Shown here in pieces: positions 62,055 to 64,000 of a DNA stretch of 64,000 nt. The stretch is from Bacteroidaceae bacterium. GTDB lineage: Bacteria; Bacteroidota; Bacteroidia; Bacteroidales; Bacteroidaceae. A program made the translations under genes and the position numbers. The stretch's first letter is position 1. Every line of letters starts with the position of its first letter. Under the pieces are notes generated by a model. The model ran no database searches. It saw only the letters and a program-made list of their open reading frames with translations, and was not told the origin of the DNA. The stretch covers positions 13,838 through 77,837 of the forward strand of contig CAAGHW010000005.1 of NCBI GenBank assembly GCA_900769765.1, given 5' to 3'.

Positions 62055-64000
62055 GAGAGATTCTGAGAGCCAAAGAGAGAATAGTCACCCCCGACAGTAA
62101 GGTCACACGTCTGCTGACAGACAGCCGTTCGCTCAGTTTTCCGGAAGAGACAATATTCTTTGCCATAAAGACAAAGCATGGCGACGGACACAACTATGTA
62201 AAGGAACTCTATCACAGAGGTGTACATAATTTCATAGTCAACAGCACGGTTGGCTTTGAAGAACTTGACAAAGCGAACTTCATCATCGTCGAGGACAGTC
62301 TAAAGGCACTGCAAAACCTTGCCGCACACCACCGTTCCCTGTTCGATATACCTGTCATTGGCATAACAGGCAGCGACGGCAAAACAATCGTCAAGGAGTG
62401 GCTGTACCAGCTAACAGCAGGCAACTACAACGTCACAAGGTCACCACGAAGCTATAACTCACAGATAGGCGTTCCGCTCTCGATATGGAAATTGAACGAA
62501 GAGAGCACTCTTGGCATCTTTGAGGCGGGCATATCCCGTGTGCAGGAGATGGACAATCTGCAACGCATAATAAGACCCACAATAGGCATTGTCACTAACA
62601 TAAGCAGTGCACATCAGGAGAACTTCAGCACAATGCAGGAAAAGTGTCTGGAAAAGCTATCACTGTTCCGTAATTGCGAGATTGTCATCTACAACGCCGA
62701 TGACACACTCTTGGCAAACTGTGTGACACGTTCACATCTGCCGTCGCGCGAAATAGCATGGTCGCGCAAAGACCCGGAGCGTCCTCTGTTCATAAAGTCG
62801 ATAGAAAAGGACGATACCGGAACAACAATCCGTTATGTATACCTTACAATAGAGAACAGCTACCGCATACCGTTCCTCGATGACGCATCGATAGAGGATT
62901 CCATAAGTTGCCTTGCCGCCGCATTGTACCTGATGATTCCGGCAAGCACAATAACGGAACGTATGGCGCAGCTTGAACCCGTAGCCATGCGTCTTGAAGT
63001 AAAGGAGGGCAAGCAAGGCTGTCTTATCATAAACGACAGCTACAATTCAGACACAGCGTCACTTGACATAGCCCTTGACTTTATGGAGCGTCGCAGCAGC
63101 ACCCTTCCACACCTTAAACGCACACTTATCCTTGCCGACATAAAGCAGACCGGCGAAAGCGCACAGTCGCTCTACCGTATAGTATTGCAATATCTCGAAG
63201 AGAGAAAGATTGAAAAGTTCATAGGTATAGGCAAGGAGATATTTTCACAGGCTGCAAAGTTCAGGAAATCGAACATCGAATGCCATTTCTTCAACACTAC
63301 AGAAGAGTTGCTTGCATCACATATCCTCCGCGAAATGAACAATGAATGTATTCTCATCAAAGGCTCGCGTTCATTCCATTTCGAGGATGTTTCGGAAGCT
63401 CTTGAAAAGAAGGTACACCAGACCATACTCGAGGTGAACCTGAACGCTTTACGCGACAACCTCAACCGCTACCGCAACAACCTGTCACCCGACACAAGGA
63501 CCGTTTGTATGGTAAAGGCTTCGGCCTATGGCGCAGGAGCACTTGAGGTGGGACGAACCCTGCAGGAGTGCAATGTTGACTACCTTGCCGTTGCCGTTGC
63601 CGACGAAGGTGCAGAATTACGTAAAGAGGGAATTACAACAGGTATAATAGTAATGAACCCCGAGCCAAGTTCATACACCACCCTTTTCGACAACAAGCTC
63701 GAGCCTGAGGTATACAGTTTCGGCATGCTCAAATCACTTATACACGCAGCCTGCCACGAAGGGATAACGGACTACCCCATACACATAAAGATTGACACAG
63801 GCATGCACAGGCTCGGTTTCTTGCCCGAAGAGATTCCGCAACTCATAGATACGCTGAAACGGCAAAGCGCACTTACGCCACGCTCGGTGTTCTCACACCT
63901 TGCAGGCAGCGACAGCGACCTCTTCGACGAGTTTACCAAAAAACAGATAAAACTTTTCGAAGGTGCAGCAGAAATGTTGCAGAACGCCTTTACACACAAG
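62029..64000 (+). CDS. murF/alr: bifunctional UDP-N-acetylmuramoyl-tripeptide:D-Ala-D-Ala ligase (MurF) / alanine racemase (Alr), 5' ~657 codons (runs off the window end)
   Basis: My own translation from the ATG at 62029 gives MQYTIEDIREILRAKERIVTPDSKVTRLLTDSRS... (MurF N-terminus), then GITGSDGKT (Mur ligase P-loop). From about 63420 it reads KVHQTILEVNLNALRDNL...VCMVKASAYGAG (Alr PLP-Lys motif), in one frame with no stop. It is absent from the ORF track because it is open-ended. Confidence 0.88.

Overview
This 64-kb window looks like a Bacteroidota (Bacteroidales-like) chromosome. The evidence is three-fold: TAnnTTTG-type -7 promoter boxes, two proteins with T9SS C-terminal sorting domains, and fusA running straight into rpsJ with no tuf between them. 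Most of the window is densely packed housekeeping sequence. It includes rplD'-rplC-rpsJ-fusA-rpsG-rpsL, obg, adk, hpt, ffh, folD, truA, rsmE, recF, ribH, methylmalonyl-CoA mutase mutAB, topB, ispG, purE, class 3 FBPase, rpoN, dxs-trkA-trkH and a fused murF/alr. I found no rRNA, tRNA, CRISPR array, transposase or integrase.

The best candidate for an interesting system is a self-contained two-gene unit at 52.8-54.7 kb. It pairs a very short SMC/ABC-type ATPase with a DUF4435 (Toprim/OLD-like) protein, which is a split-OLD / PARIS-like anti-phage architecture. It sits in a small accessory islet together with a lipoprotein gene. The islet also holds a ~660-bp ORF-free stretch containing GC-rich palindromic repeats and a 122-nt composite hairpin.

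Other accessory content:
- A 1508-aa T9SS-secreted papain-like/LamG/PKD protein lies next to a GH20 hexosaminidase.
- An AT-rich CotH-kinase plus beta-barrel pair carries a T9SS tail.
- A five-gene YtrA(GntR)/ABC/rhodanese/ICMT-methyltransferase operon has a clear promoter-operator.
- A 21-nt duplication scar sits at the ribH 3' end.

All calls come from reading the ORF translations and the DNA by eye. Family names are from memory of motifs, and no database search was run.
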